From an uncultured Gemmatimonadaceae bacterium (GTDB taxonomy: Bacteria > Gemmatimonadota > Gemmatimonadetes > Gemmatimonadales > Gemmatimonadaceae), in the NCBI GenBank assembly GCA_963843845.1, contig CAWJMB010000002.1, positions 1,824,001 to 1,888,000 on the forward strand: a stretch of 64,000 bases of DNA, given 5' to 3'. The notes beneath the pieces are model-generated. The model saw nothing but the letters and a program-made list of their open reading frames with translations. It was not told the origin of the DNA and did no database searches. Made by a program: the position numbers and the translations under genes. Shown piece by piece: positions 1 through 11,087 of this stretch (position 1 is its first letter; every line of letters begins with the position of its first letter).

Positions 1-975
1 TGGGGGGGCAACCTGTTCGTCGCCGATGGCACCGGCGCCACGCCGCTCTTCGTCGTCGAGGCCGACGAATACGATCGCTCGTTCCTCGCGCTCACGCCGA
101 CGGTCGCCGTGGTCAACAACGTCGAGGCCGACCATCTCGACATCTACCGCGACCTCGACGACATCCGGGGCGCGTTCACGACGTTCGCGCGCCGCGCTCG
201 CTTCGTCGTCGCGAACGCCGACGATCCGATCGCGCGCGCCCTGCCATACACCGCGTCCTCCGAAGTCGTCCGCTTCGGCATCGCGCGCGATGGCGACGTG
301 TCGCCCGACGCGCGACTCGTCGCGCGAAACGTTCGCGTGGAGCAGGGCGGTGCGCGGTTCGACGTCGTCTACGACGGCAAGCCGCTCGGTGCCGTCGCTC
401 TCCGCGTGCCAGGAGACCACAACGTTCGCAACGCGCTCGCCGCGATCGGGGTCGGGCTGCTGTTGGGCGCCGACCTCGACGCGATGCGGCCCGGGCTGGA
501 GTCGTTCGGCGGCGTCGAGCGACGCTTCCAGCGACTCGGCGCGCGTGGCGGCGTCGACGTGATCGACGACTACGCGCATCATCCCACGGAAGTCGCCGCG
601 ACACTCGCCGCGGCGCGTGCGGCCTATCCGGGGCGCCGCATCGTCGCCGCCTTCCAGCCGCATCTCTACAGCCGGACGCGCGATTTCGCCGCCGAGTTCG
701 CGCGAGCGTTAGGCGCCGCGGACGCGGTGTTCGTCACGGAGATCTATCCCGCGCGCGAGCAGCCGATCGCCGGCGTGACGACGTCGCTCATCGCGGACGC
801 GGCGCTCGACGTGGGGCGGCCGGTGACGTGGCGCGGCGAGCGCGGCACACTCGCGGACGCGCTGGCCGCCCACGCCCTGCCCGGCGACGTCGTCCTGACG
901 CTGGGCGCCGGCGACATCACGCTCACCGGTGCGGAGTTGCTCGCGCGGCTCGGCGCGTCGGCGCCGTCGGCCTGA
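1..975 (+). CDS. murC: UDP-N-acetylmuramate--L-alanine ligase (5' truncated by window edge)
   Basis: Frame open from base 1: VVEADEYDRSF, NVEADHLD, GVERRF, DDYAHHPTEV and FQPHLYSRT Mur-ligase motifs; lies upstream of ftsQAZ. Confidence 0.95.
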   Translation, partial: WGGNLFVADGTGATPLFVVEADEYDRSFLALTPTVAVVNNVEADHLDIYRDLDDIRGAFTTFARRARFVVANADDPIARALPYTASSEVVRFGIARDGDVSPDARLVARNVRVEQGGARFDVVYDGKPLGAVALRVPGDHNVRNALAAIGVGLLLGADLDAMRPGLESFGGVERRFQRLGARGGVDVIDDYAHHPTEVAATLAAARAAYPGRRIVAAFQPHLYSRTRDFAAEFARALGAADAVFVTEIYPAREQPIAGVTTSLIADAALDVGRPVTWRGERGTLADALAAHALPGDVVLTLGAGDITLTGAELLARLGASAPSA

Positions 976-985
976 GCACGCCGCC

Positions 986-1837
986 GTGAGCGCATCCTTC
1001 CGGGCGACGGCGTTCGCCGACGAGTCGATCGACGAGCTCGAGCCCGCGCCGCCGCGGCGCCGCGGTCGTGTCTCGGAGGCGGCCGGCGACGAGGTCGAGT
1101 CGCCGCCGCGTCCGCGCTGGCGACGGCGCCTGACGATCGCGGCCGCGCTCGCCGTCGCCGCCGCGCTCGCCACGACGCCGACGTGGGTGCCGCCGCTGCT
1201 CGCGCGCCTGACGTTCTTTCACGTGCGCCGCGTCGAGATCGACGGCGCCCGCTACGCGCCCCCCGCGGAGCTGCTCGCGCGCCTGCGGGTCGACACGACG
1301 TGGTCGGTATGGTCGGATCTCGCGCTGCTCGCGCGTCGCGCCGAGTCGCACCCGCTCGTCGCGTCCGCGAGTGTCGAGCGCCGCCTGCCGGGCACGTTGC
1401 GGGTGTCGATCGCCGAGCGCGTGCCGGTGGCGATGACTCCGACGCGCGACGGCCTCGCCGTCGTCGACGTCGACGGGCGGCTGCTCCCGATCGACCCGAG
1501 CCGGAGCGGCGGCGTCGACGTCCCCGTGGTGACGGGCGGCGATACGGCGACGCTTCGCATGATCGCGGCGATTCGCGCCGAGGCCCCCGCGCTCTACCGC
1601 CGGATGAGCGACATCCGTCGACGCGGCGGTCGCGACGTGCGCATCACGCTCGCCGCAGCGAGCGATGCCGCGCCTGGCGCGTCGCGTGCGAGCGTCGTCG
1701 TGCTCGCGAACACCGATCTCACCGCGGCGCGTCTCGACGACCTGCTCCCGGTCGAGCGTGACCTCGCGCGTCGCCGCACTCGCGCGGCTGAGTTCGACCT
1801 CCGCTTCCGTGACCAGGTCATCGCACGACTGCCATGA
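986..1837 (+). CDS. ftsQ: Cell division protein FtsQ/DivIB
   Basis: Single TM segment, POTRA-like region (VRRVEIDG...VERRLPGTLRVSIAER), C-terminal DLRFRDQV; overlaps ftsA start; GTG start at 986 inferred. Confidence 0.85.
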   Translation: MSASFRATAFADESIDELEPAPPRRRGRVSEAAGDEVESPPRPRWRRRLTIAAALAVAAALATTPTWVPPLLARLTFFHVRRVEIDGARYAPPAELLARLRVDTTWSVWSDLALLARRAESHPLVASASVERRLPGTLRVSIAERVPVAMTPTRDGLAVVDVDGRLLPIDPSRSGGVDVPVVTGGDTATLRMIAAIRAEAPALYRRMSDIRRRGGRDVRITLAAASDAAPGASRASVVVLANTDLTAARLDDLLPVERDLARRRTRAAEFDLRFRDQVIARLP

Positions 1838-3090
1838 AGAACGAACGGATCGTCACGGGACTGGACGTCGGATCGGCGAAGACGACGGCGATCATCGCCG
1901 AGGTCGTCGGCGAGATGCCGAAGCGTCCGGGGATTCGCATCCTGGGCGTCGGCGAGGCGCGCACGACGGGAATGCGGCGTGGTGTGGTCGCGGACATCGA
2001 AGAGACGACGCGCTCCGTGCGCGCCGCGCTCGACGACGCCGAGCGCAAGTCGGGGATCAAGGCCGACGGTGCCTACGTCGGCATCGCCGGCGAGCACGTG
2101 CGCGCGATGACGAGCCAGGGGATCGTCGCCGTGGCGAGCCCCGAGATCACGAAGGCCGACGTCGACCGGGTGAACGGCGTCGCACGTGCGCAGGCGATGC
2201 CGCAGGATCGTGAGCTGCTGCACGCCATTCCGCAGGAGTACGAGGTCGATCGCGGCGGCGGCATCCAGGATCCGATCGGGATGACCGGGATGCGGCTCGA
2301 AGCGGAGATGTACCTCGTGACGATCGGCGCGTCGCCGGCGACGAACCTGCGCAAGAGCGTCGAGCGCGCGCAGTGCCGCGTGCGAGAGCTCGTGCTCGAA
2401 CCGCTGGCCAGCGCCCTCAGCGTCCTCACCGACGACGAGAAGGAGTTGGGGGTCGCGCTCGTCGAGCTGGGCGCGGGCTCGACCGACGTCGCCGTCTTCC
2501 ATGACGGCAAGATCCGACACCTCGCCACGATCGCCTTCGGCGGAGCGCACGTCACGAACGATCTCGTTCACGGACTCGGACTCACGCAACAGGACGCCGA
2601 GCAATTGAAGGAGCAGTTCGGCGTGGCGCTCGAGTCGCTCGTGGATCCGAAAGAAGTGATCGAGGTGCCGGCGACCGCGACGCATGGCGTGCGGCAGATT
2701 CCGCGCGAGCTGATCGCGCACATCGTGCATCAGCGGCTCGACGAGATCTTCGACCTCGTGCAGCGAAGTGCGACGGGCGCGTCGGGCGGCGGGCGGCTGG
2801 CCGGCGGCGTCGTCGTCACCGGCGGCGGCGCGGCGATGCCGGGCGTCGTCGAGCTGGCACGGGACGTGTTCGGCACGAACGCACGCGTCGGGGTGCCGGG
2901 CGATCACGTGACGGGGCTGCGCGACGACGTCGAGGGACCACAGTACGCGACTGTGCTGGGGCTTGCGCTCTATGGGGCGTCGCGCGCGGCGCTCGGCGGC
3001 GGTGTCGGCGTCAAGCGTCCACCGCTGTGGGAGCCGGGTGTGGACAAGTGGGCGCAGCGTGTCAAGCTCTGGTTGCAGGACTTTTTCTAA
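1834..3090 (+). CDS. ftsA: Cell division protein FtsA
   Basis: GLDVGSAKT, VELGAGSTD and VVTGGGA actin-like ATPase motifs; C-terminal amphipathic WLQDFF. Confidence 0.97.
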   Translation: MKNERIVTGLDVGSAKTTAIIAEVVGEMPKRPGIRILGVGEARTTGMRRGVVADIEETTRSVRAALDDAERKSGIKADGAYVGIAGEHVRAMTSQGIVAVASPEITKADVDRVNGVARAQAMPQDRELLHAIPQEYEVDRGGGIQDPIGMTGMRLEAEMYLVTIGASPATNLRKSVERAQCRVRELVLEPLASALSVLTDDEKELGVALVELGAGSTDVAVFHDGKIRHLATIAFGGAHVTNDLVHGLGLTQQDAEQLKEQFGVALESLVDPKEVIEVPATATHGVRQIPRELIAHIVHQRLDEIFDLVQRSATGASGGGRLAGGVVVTGGGAAMPGVVELARDVFGTNARVGVPGDHVTGLRDDVEGPQYATVLGLALYGASRAALGGGVGVKRPPLWEPGVDKWAQRVKLWLQDFF

Positions 3091-3351
3091 CGCTCCCCAC
3101 ACGGCACGACAACTGTCGCCACAGTCGGTCCCGACGACAGTCACAGATGTCATCGCACTGTCAACGTCGGCGGGCGTGTCACTCGAAAGTGACGCAGTAG
3201 CCGCGACGAGAAGTCGCGTTATATTTTCGCTCCCGCCGGTGTACGCTCGCGACGACGCCTCCCCCCCGCGTAGAGTCGCTCCGCCGCGCAGAACGCCGGC
3301 AATCGGCATCGCTCGATCCACCTGTCCACGCGTAGCTGGAGTCGTGTCCGC

Positions 3352-4560
3352 ATGATCTTCGAACTCGAGGAGAGCGCCTCGCAGAACGCCCGCATGAAGG
3401 TGGTGGGCGTCGGCGGCGGTGGCGGCAACGCCGTCAATCGCATGATCGACGAGCACCTCGAAGGCGTCGAGTTCATCTCGGTGAACACCGACGCGCAAGC
3501 GCTCCTCAGTTCCAAGTCCGACGTCAAGATCCAGATCGGCAAGAAGCTCACGCGCGGACTCGGCGCGGGGGCGCGCCCGGAGATCGGGCGACAGGCGATC
3601 GACGAGAGCCGCGAGGAGATGTTGCGCGTGCTGCAGAACGCGGATCTCGTGTTCATCACCTGTGGCATGGGCGGTGGCACCGGAACCGGCGCTGCACCGG
3701 TCGTGTGCGAGCTCGCCCGCGAGGCGGGTGCGCTCACCGTCGGCATCGTGACGAAGCCCTTCCTCTTCGAAGGGCGCAAGCGGATGCGTCAGGCCGAGCA
3801 CGGCATCGCCGAGATGCGCAAGAACGTCGACACGATGATCGTGGTGCCTAACGAGCGCCTGCTCGCCGTCGTCGGCAAGGGCATTCCCTTCCAGGACGCG
3901 CTGAAGAAGGCCGACGAAGTGCTGCTGCAGGCGACGCAGGGCATCAGCTCGCTCATCAGCGTCACCGGGCTCGTCAACGTCGACTTCGCGGACGTGCGCA
4001 CCGTCATGCAGAACGGCGGCTCGGCGCTCATGGGAACGGGGCTCGGCCGCGGCGAGAACCGCGCGACGGAGGCCGCGCAGCACGCCATCGCGTCGCCCCT
4101 GCTCGACAACGTGTCGGTGTCCGGCGCGAGCGGGGTGCTCGTGAACATCACGGGCGGCAACGACCTCACGCTCGGCGAGGTGCATCAGATCAACGAGATC
4201 GTGCACGACGCCGTCGGCGACGACGCGGAGATCATCTTCGGCGCGGTGCACGAGCCGGCGATGCAGGGCGAGATCCGCGTCACCGTGATCGCGACCGGCT
4301 TCGATCGGCAGCTGCAGGTCGGGGTGCCCGAGCCGGTGCGCACCGCTCCGCAGAACGTCATTCCGTTCAACCGCGACGCGGCGCGCGATCGCGCGGCCGG
4401 CCCCGCCGGTGCTGCCGGTCGGGGGTTCGCCGGGCGCCCGCCGAGCGCCGTGGCCGAGCCGGGGCGGCCGCGTTCGATCACGCCGGTCGAGCGGTCGGCG
4501 GCGCCCGCCAACGTCGACGACATGGAGATCCCGACGTTCATTCGTCGGCAGATGGATTGA
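3352..4560 (+). CDS. ftsZ: Cell division protein FtsZ
   Basis: [19 protein letters not shown] tubulin signature, NVDFADV, C-terminal [10 protein letters not shown]. Confidence 0.99.
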   Translation: MIFELEESASQNARMKVVGVGGGGGNAVNRMIDEHLEGVEFISVNTDAQALLSSKSDVKIQIGKKLTRGLGAGARPEIGRQAIDESREEMLRVLQNADLVFITCGMGGGTGTGAAPVVCELAREAGALTVGIVTKPFLFEGRKRMRQAEHGIAEMRKNVDTMIVVPNERLLAVVGKGIPFQDALKKADEVLLQATQGISSLISVTGLVNVDFADVRTVMQNGGSALMGTGLGRGENRATEAAQHAIASPLLDNVSVSGASGVLVNITGGNDLTLGEVHQINEIVHDAVGDDAEIIFGAVHEPAMQGEIRVTVIATGFDRQLQVGVPEPVRTAPQNVIPFNRDAARDRAAGPAGAAGRGFAGRPPSAVAEPGRPRSITPVERSAAPANVDDMEIPTFIRRQMD

Positions 4561-4747
4561 CCGCCGCGCGACCTGGGCGCCGGCGAGCGCCTCGTCGAGC
4601 CGCGTGACTCCGGATCGACGCCGCTCGTCGACTTGGAGTACAAGTTCCGCGGGGCAGTTGCGAGTCGCGACGCAGAGCGCTAGGCTCAGCGGTTGCCCCG
4701 TCGCCGCGCGACGTCCCGCCAGCCGTCTCCCCCCGCCTCCTCGACTG

Positions 4748-6091
4748 GTGCCCGTGCTCCATCAGAACGGCGCCTCGCCCCTGCAACAGCCCGCGCGAGC
4801 GCCGCGTCGCGCGCAGTCCGTTCGCCGGGCGCGTGCCGCGACGTACCTCGTCGTCGCCGGCGCGGCCGCGATCGCCGTGTACCTGACGCCAGCGGCGCCG
4901 ACGGTCCCCGACGCCATGACGGTGTTGGGTGATTCGGCGGTCGCGCCGCCCGTGCCAGCGTGGCGCGCCCGGATCGACACGCTCGGGAAGGGGGAGACGC
5001 TCGTCGGCCTGCTGCAGCGTGCCGGCGTGGCGCGCGTGCACGCCGCCGAGGCGCTCCGCGCGGCAGGCGATGCCCGCTCGCTGCCGGCCGGCGTGCGCGT
5101 GACCACCGTCGCGCGGACCGGCGACTCGCTCGCGACCGAGATCACGTACAAGCCGGCGGTCGACCGCGTCGTGCACTTGCAGTTTCTCTCCGGCGCGTGG
5201 CAGCGCTTCGAACAGAAGCTCGCCTGGAAGACCGACACGGTCGTCGCGCGGAGCGCGATCACGTCGAGCTTGAACGACGCGCTGCATACGGCATTCGGAG
5301 ACCGGCTGCCGCGCGCGCAGCGGTCGGCGGTGGTCTGGAAGCTCGCCGACATCTTCGAGTACCGCGTCGACGTGAGCCACGACTTGCAACCGGGCGACTC
5401 GGTGCGGGTGCTCGTCGAGCGCAGAGTCGATCCCGAAGGGCAGGCTCGCGAATCGCGGATCCTCGCGGCGAGTCTGTCGGTGAACGGAAAGGACGTCGAC
5501 GCGATCCGCTACGAGCGGAAGGCGGGAAGCGCCGCATTCTTCGACCAGTACGGCAAGTCGTTGCGCGCCGCGTTCCTGCGCGCGCCGCTCGAGTTCCGTC
5601 GAGTGTCGAGCGTGTTCGGGATGCGCAATCATCCGGTGTTGGGCACCTGGCGCATGCACAAGGGAACCGACTACGCCGCCGCGTCGGGCACGCCGGTTCG
5701 CACGATCGGCGACGGCACCGTCCTCTTCGCCGGGCGGAAATCGGGTTTCGGCAACGTCGTCGAAGTGCGCCACGCGAACGGCTACGTCAGTCGATACGGG
5801 CATCTGCGCGGGTTCGGCAAAGGTGTTCGTCGTGGCACCTCCGTCGCCATCGGCCGGACGATCGGTTACGTCGGCATGACAGGGCTCGCGACGGCGCCGC
5901 ATCTGCACTTCGAGATGCTCGTCGACGGCGTGCAGCGCGATCCACGCAAGGCGCTGCGCGACAAGCTCGCGGAGCCGATTCCGACGCGCGAGAAGGGGTC
6001 GTTCGCCGCGCTCCGCTCGCGCCTGCTGAATGCCCTCGGCCTCGACGCGCAGCCGGCAGTCGCTGCGGCGCGCGTCGCCGCGACGAACTAG
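4748..6091 (+). CDS. M23 family murein DD-endopeptidase (MepM/Csd3-like)
   Basis: HKGTDYAA, YGHL and APHLHFE zinc motifs; N-terminal TM; start (GTG 4748 or 4754) uncertain. Confidence 0.9.
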   Translation: MPVLHQNGASPLQQPARAPRRAQSVRRARAATYLVVAGAAAIAVYLTPAAPTVPDAMTVLGDSAVAPPVPAWRARIDTLGKGETLVGLLQRAGVARVHAAEALRAAGDARSLPAGVRVTTVARTGDSLATEITYKPAVDRVVHLQFLSGAWQRFEQKLAWKTDTVVARSAITSSLNDALHTAFGDRLPRAQRSAVVWKLADIFEYRVDVSHDLQPGDSVRVLVERRVDPEGQARESRILAASLSVNGKDVDAIRYERKAGSAAFFDQYGKSLRAAFLRAPLEFRRVSSVFGMRNHPVLGTWRMHKGTDYAAASGTPVRTIGDGTVLFAGRKSGFGNVVEVRHANGYVSRYGHLRGFGKGVRRGTSVAIGRTIGYVGMTGLATAPHLHFEMLVDGVQRDPRKALRDKLAEPIPTREKGSFAALRSRLLNALGLDAQPAVAAARVAATN

Positions 6092-6094
6092 CCG

Positions 6095-7906
6095 CTGAAC
6101 GCCTGGCTCGTCGCCGCGGCGCTCGGCGCTGCGGCCGCCGCGCTCTCGTACGCGCGGCGCGGTGCTCTTGCGTTGCCGATGCGGCTCGCGCTCGCCGCGC
6201 TGCGGACGCTCGGCGTCGCGCTCGTCGCGGCGCTCGCGCTGAACGCCACGGTCGGTGCGGCCCGGCCGCTCGCGCCGCTCGTCGCGCTCGACGTCTCGGC
6301 GAGCTGGCTGCGCGGCGGTGATTCGACGGCCTACCGACGCGCGCTCGACGAGTCGCGTCGTTCGGCTGCCGACACGCTCTGGCTCGTCGGCGACTCGGTG
6401 CGTGCGGCGACGGGAGCCGTGCGCGACGTGGTGCCGCTCGATCTGGCGAGCGGCGTGGCTCCGCTCGTCGACCACGCCGCTGCGTCGGGGCGGGCACTCG
6501 TGCTCTACACCGACGGCGAGGTCGAGGGTGGCGAGGCGCTGCGCACGGCGCCGCGTGGGTCGCGCGTCGCCGACGTGACCGTCGCGCGGCGGTCGGACGT
6601 CGCGGTGCGTGACGTCGAGGTGCCGCGGCTGGCCGCGGCGACCGACACGATCGAGGTGCGGGCGACGCTCGTCGCCGACGCGCGTGGCGCGCCGGCTGGC
6701 GTGCTGTCGGTGCACGCCGGAGATCGCGCGACGGTGGAGCGCCCGTTCGACGCGTTGGGCGCGTACGCGGAGCGAACGGTCGCGCTCCGCGTTCCACTCG
6801 CGGGGCTCCGCGGCGAGACGGTGCTGCGGACGATCGTTGCAGCCGTCGGCGACGCGGAGCCGCGCAACGACACCGTGTCGACTGCGCTCGACGTCTCGGC
6901 GGCGCCGGCCGCGGTCTACGTCGCGACCGCGCCCGACTACGACACGCGAGCCGTATTGGGCGTGCTCCGCGGCGCGCTCGCGCTGCCGACGCGCGCCTTC
7001 CTGCGCGTCGCGCCCGGACAGTGGCGCGTCGAGGGAACGCTCGCGCCGGTCCCGGAATCCGAAGTGCGGCGGCTCGCGGCGACGGCCGGCATCCTCGGGA
7101 TCCAGGGAGACACCACGGTATTCGGCCCGCCGCGTTCGCTGTCGCGCGGCGCGCTGCTGCTGTTCCCGACCACGGCGAACACCGAGAGCGGCGAGTGGTA
7201 CGCATCGGACGCGCCCCCCTCGCCGGCATCCGCCGCGCTCTCCGGCGCCGCATGGGACAGCTTGCCGCCACTCGACGTCGGAGGGCCGCTGCCGACGACG
7301 CTCGTCGACGTGCTTCGCGCGCGTCTCGGACGTGCGGGCGCGCCGCGCACGATCGCCGCCCTGGTCGAGCAGCCTCGGCGCGTGGCGATCGTCGGCGCGA
7401 CGGGGTTCTGGCGGTGGTCGTTCCGCGGCGGCGTGGCGGCCGACGCCTTCACCGGGCTGTGGGGCGCGCTCTTCGACTTCCTCGCGGCCGGTCGCGGCGA
7501 CCAGCGCGCCGCGGTTGCAGCCGACGCCGTGGTCCGCGCTGGAGCCCCCGTGCGCTGGCGGCGTGGCGGTACCGACACCCTCGTCACGGCGGTCGCCACG
7601 CGGCGCTCCGACGCACGCGTCGACACGCTCACGATCGCGTTCGGACCGGCGAGCGACATCGCGACGTCGCGCCCGCTCGCCGCTGGCGTGTACGACGTGC
7701 GGACGACGGGCGGCACCTCGCTGCTGGTCGTGAACGCCGCGCGCGAACTGCTCCCGCGGCGGCCGAGCGTACGCCCCGGCGCCGTGGGTGGCGCGTCGGT
7801 CGCGGACGCGACGCCGAGGGCGCGCGATCTCGGATGGCTGTACGCGGCAGCGCTCGGACTCCTCTGCGCCGAGTGGGTGTTCCGGAGGCGCGCGGGGTTG
7901 CGCTGA
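6095..7906 (+). CDS. Membrane-anchored hypothetical protein with degenerate vWA-like and Ig/CARDB-like domains
   Basis: N-terminal TMs, LDVSASW (DxSxS) and YTDG vWA-like motifs, C-terminal TM ending EWVFRRRAGLR; start uncertain (CTG 6095 or TTG 6173). Confidence 0.65.
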   Translation: MNAWLVAAALGAAAAALSYARRGALALPMRLALAALRTLGVALVAALALNATVGAARPLAPLVALDVSASWLRGGDSTAYRRALDESRRSAADTLWLVGDSVRAATGAVRDVVPLDLASGVAPLVDHAAASGRALVLYTDGEVEGGEALRTAPRGSRVADVTVARRSDVAVRDVEVPRLAAATDTIEVRATLVADARGAPAGVLSVHAGDRATVERPFDALGAYAERTVALRVPLAGLRGETVLRTIVAAVGDAEPRNDTVSTALDVSAAPAAVYVATAPDYDTRAVLGVLRGALALPTRAFLRVAPGQWRVEGTLAPVPESEVRRLAATAGILGIQGDTTVFGPPRSLSRGALLLFPTTANTESGEWYASDAPPSPASAALSGAAWDSLPPLDVGGPLPTTLVDVLRARLGRAGAPRTIAALVEQPRRVAIVGATGFWRWSFRGGVAADAFTGLWGALFDFLAAGRGDQRAAVAADAVVRAGAPVRWRRGGTDTLVTAVATRRSDARVDTLTIAFGPASDIATSRPLAAGVYDVRTTGGTSLLVVNAARELLPRRPSVRPGAVGGASVADATPRARDLGWLYAAALGLLCAEWVFRRRAGLR

Positions 7907-7971
7907 CCGCTTAACGTGTAGCTGCGTACGGGGCGCGCAGACGCCCCGCCACAGACTCAGCTCACTCGCTC

Positions 7972-8904
7972 ATGGCTCGGCTGTTCCGAAAAGAAGGGGA
8001 CGCGCCCAGGAAATCGCTCTGGCAGCGCATCAAGGACGTCGCCAACACCGATGTCGGCGTCGTGCTCCGCGGCGGCGTCAAAGAGGGGTCACTCGAGCAG
8101 CTCGAGGAAGTCCTGCTCGCATCGGACTTCGGCGTCGCGACGACGCTGCGGCTCGTCGACCAGATCGGCGGCTATGCACAGCGCGGCCTCATTCGCACCG
8201 AGAGCAGAGTTCCAGGACGCGCTCCGCCGCCTCGTCGAAGCCGAGCTGCGGGAAGGGAACAGCGATCCGGCGCTCCGCATGGCGGCGTCGAAGCCGACGG
8301 TCATTCTCGTGATCGGCGTGAACGGCGCCGGGAAGACGACGTTCATCGGCAAGCTCGCCGGGCGGCTACGGTCGCAGGGCAAGAGGTGCTCGTGGGCGCC
8401 GGGGACACGTTCCGCGCGGGCGCGATCGACCAGCTCCGCGTGTGGGCCGAGCGGAGCGGGGCGGAGTTCGTCGGCGCGCAGCAGGGAACGGACGCCGCGG
8501 CCGTCGCGTTCGATGCGATCGACGCAGGGGTCGCGCGCGGCGTCGACGTCGTCATCATCGACACGGCGGGCCGGCTGCACACGAGCGGCGGTCTGATGGA
8601 CGAGCTGAGGAAGGTGGTGCGCGTCATCGCGAAGCGCATCCCGGACGCGCCGCACGAGACGCTGCTCGTTCTCGACGGCACCATCGGCCAGAACGCCATC
8701 GTCCAGGCGAAGACGTTCGCGGACGCCGTGCCGATCACGGGACTCGTCGTGACGAAGGTCGACGGCACCGCGCGCGGCGGGATCGTCGTCGCGGTGCACG
8801 CGGCGCTCGACGTGCCGGTCAAGTTCCTCGGGAACGGTGAGAAGGTCGGAGATCTCGAGCCGTTCGATGCGGCGGAGTTCGCGGAGGAGCTGGTCGAGGC
8901 GTGA
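7972..8904 (+). CDS. ftsY: Signal recognition particle receptor FtsY (two compensating indels near 8200 and 8385)
   Basis: [10 protein letters not shown]-loop lies in the shifted frame; [14 protein letters not shown] and [10 protein letters not shown] in the main frame. Confidence 0.95.
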   Translation: MARLFRKEGDAPRKSLWQRIKDVANTDVGVVLRGGVKEGSLEQLEEVLLASDFGVATTLRLVDQIGGYAQRGLIRTESRVPGRAPPPRRSRAAGREQRSGAPHGGVEADGHSRDRRERRREDDVHRQARRAATVAGQEVLVGAGDTFRAGAIDQLRVWAERSGAEFVGAQQGTDAAAVAFDAIDAGVARGVDVVIIDTAGRLHTSGGLMDELRKVVRVIAKRIPDAPHETLLVLDGTIGQNAIVQAKTFADAVPITGLVVTKVDGTARGGIVVAVHAALDVPVKFLGNGEKVGDLEPFDAAEFAEELVEA

Positions 8905-8938
8905 CGTCGGCGTGACGGCAGCGCGCATTTCGTTAGGC

Positions 8939-11045
8939 ATGCCTCCTTCGCGCCGTCAGCCCTCCGCGCCGCGCGTCGCGCTCGACACGCCGGTCACGTA
9001 CCTCAAGGGCGTCGGACCGGCGCGCGCCGTCGCGCTCGCGCGGCTCGGCGTGCACACCGCGGGCGACCTGCTGTACCACGTGCCGCACCGCTACGAGGAC
9101 GCGAGCACGGTCGCGCGGATCGCGGAGCTCGAGGCTGGCGTCGACGCGACCGTCATCGGGCGCGTCATCTCGAAGGGCGTCATTCCGACGCGGAAGGGGC
9201 TGCGCATCTTCCAGGCGGTCGTGAAGGACGCGAGCGGGATGATCGAGGTGTCGTGGCCCGGGCAGCCGTTCCTCGACCGCACGATCGAGAAGGGCGACGT
9301 GCTGCTCCTGAGCGGCACGGTGCGCTTCTTCCACGGCCGCCAGCTGCAGCCGCGCGAGTTCGTGAATCTCGGCGGCGAGGACGAGGGGACGGCGGACGGG
9401 CGCGTGCTCGCGGTCTACCCCGCGACCGAAGGGCTGTCGTTCAAGCAGATCCGCGCGCTCGATCGATGCGCACCTCGACGCGCTGCTGCCGCAGGTGCGC
9501 GAGTACCTGCCCGCACGAGCGCTGCGCCACGGCGGCGTGTCCCCGTGCTGCCCGACGCGCTGCGCATGGTGCACCGCCCGTCGTCGATCGCCGAGGCGAT
9601 GGCCGGGCGGGCCCGGCTCGCGTTCGAGGAGTTGCTCGCGCTGCAGGTGTTGCACCGCCGCGCGAATGCGCTCGCCCGCGTGACGCGCGACGGACGCGCG
9701 CTCGAGAATCGTCGCGACCTGACGACGAAGCTGAAGACCGCGCTTGCCGTTCGAGCTGACGAGCGCGCAGACCCGGTCGCTCCGCGAGATCGTGGCCGAC
9801 ATGACGAGCCCGAGGCGGATGCACCGGCTGCTGCAGGGCGACGTCGGGAGCGGCAAGACCATCGTCGCGCTGTTCGCGTCGCTGCTGGCGATGGAGAACG
9901 GCTACCAGGCGGCCGTCATGGCGCCGACGGAGCTGCTCGCCGAGCAACACCTGCGCACCTTCACGCGCCTGCTCGAACCGTTAGGCATCCGGCCCGTGCT
10001 CGTCACCGGCCGCCTGACGACGAAGGTGCGGCGCGAGGCGGCCGCGCTGCTCGCGCGCCCCGCGCCGCTCCTGGTCGTCGGCACGCACGCCCTCGTGCAG
10101 GACTCGACGGCCTTCGCGCGGCTCGGCCTCGCGGTCGTGGACGAGCAGCACCGCTTCGGCGTCGAACAGCGAAAGGCGTTCGGCGCGAAGGGCGCAGCAC
10201 CCCGACGTCCTGCTGATGACCGCGACGCCGATCCCGCGCTCGCTCGCGCTCACGCGTACGGCGATCTGGACGTGAGCGTGCTCGACGAGAAGCCCGCCGG
10301 GTCGGCAGCCGATCACGAGCGCGCTGCGGCCCGAGAGCGCGCGCGACCGCGTGATGCAGTTCGTCGAATCACGAGCTCGCGAAGGGGCGACAGGCGTACG
10401 TCGTCTACCCGCTCATCGAGGAGTCGGAGAAGAGCGACCTCAAGGCGGCGACGATCGCGTTCGACGAGCTGGCCGCGGGCCCGTTCGCCGGGCGGACGGG
10501 TCGGGCTGCTGCACGGACGGATGTCCGGCGACGAGAAGGACGCGATCGATGCGCGCGTTCCGCGACGGGGCGCTCGACGTGCTCGTGGCGACGACGGTGA
10601 TCGAGGTCGGCATCGACGTTCCGAACGCGACGGTGATGCTGATCGAGCACCCCGAGCGCTTCGGGCTGTCGCAACTGCACCAGCTCCGCGGACGCGTCGG
10701 TCGAGGCGATAGAGCGTCCTACTGCATCCTGCTCGGGCGACGTCGGAGCTGGAAGCCGGTGAGCGGCTGTCGATCTTCGTCGGGACCGAAGACGGCTTCG
10801 CGATCGCCGAGGCCGACCTGCGGCTGCGCGGCATGGGCGACCTGTTCGGTGAGCGGCAGAGCGGTCAGCCGATGTTTCGCATCGCCGATCCGATCCGGGA
10901 CGAGGAGCTCAACCTCGCCGCGCGCGACGTCGCGGACGACATGCTCGCCCGCGACCCGGAGCTGACGGCGGCGGAGCACGCCGGGTTCCGCGAGGCGCTG
11001 GGCGCTCGCTACGCGAGGTCGATGGAGCTGTTCCGCGTCGGCTAG
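8939..11045 (+). CDS. recG: ATP-dependent DNA helicase RecG (several indels)
   Basis: [52 protein letters not shown] and QLRGRVGRG spread over successive frames. Confidence 0.95.
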
Positions 11046-11087
11046 CCGTCGAGCCCGCGACGCGCGAGCACTCGCACGTCAGGCGAG

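Noticed and set aside
1594..4251. Very long antisense and alternative-frame ORFs (e.g. 885 aa at 1594-4251, 725 aa at 4538-6715, 651 aa at 49021-50976)
   Set aside because: Shadow ORFs caused by stop-codon scarcity at high GC; Arg/Ala-rich with no motifs and fully overlapping recognised genes.
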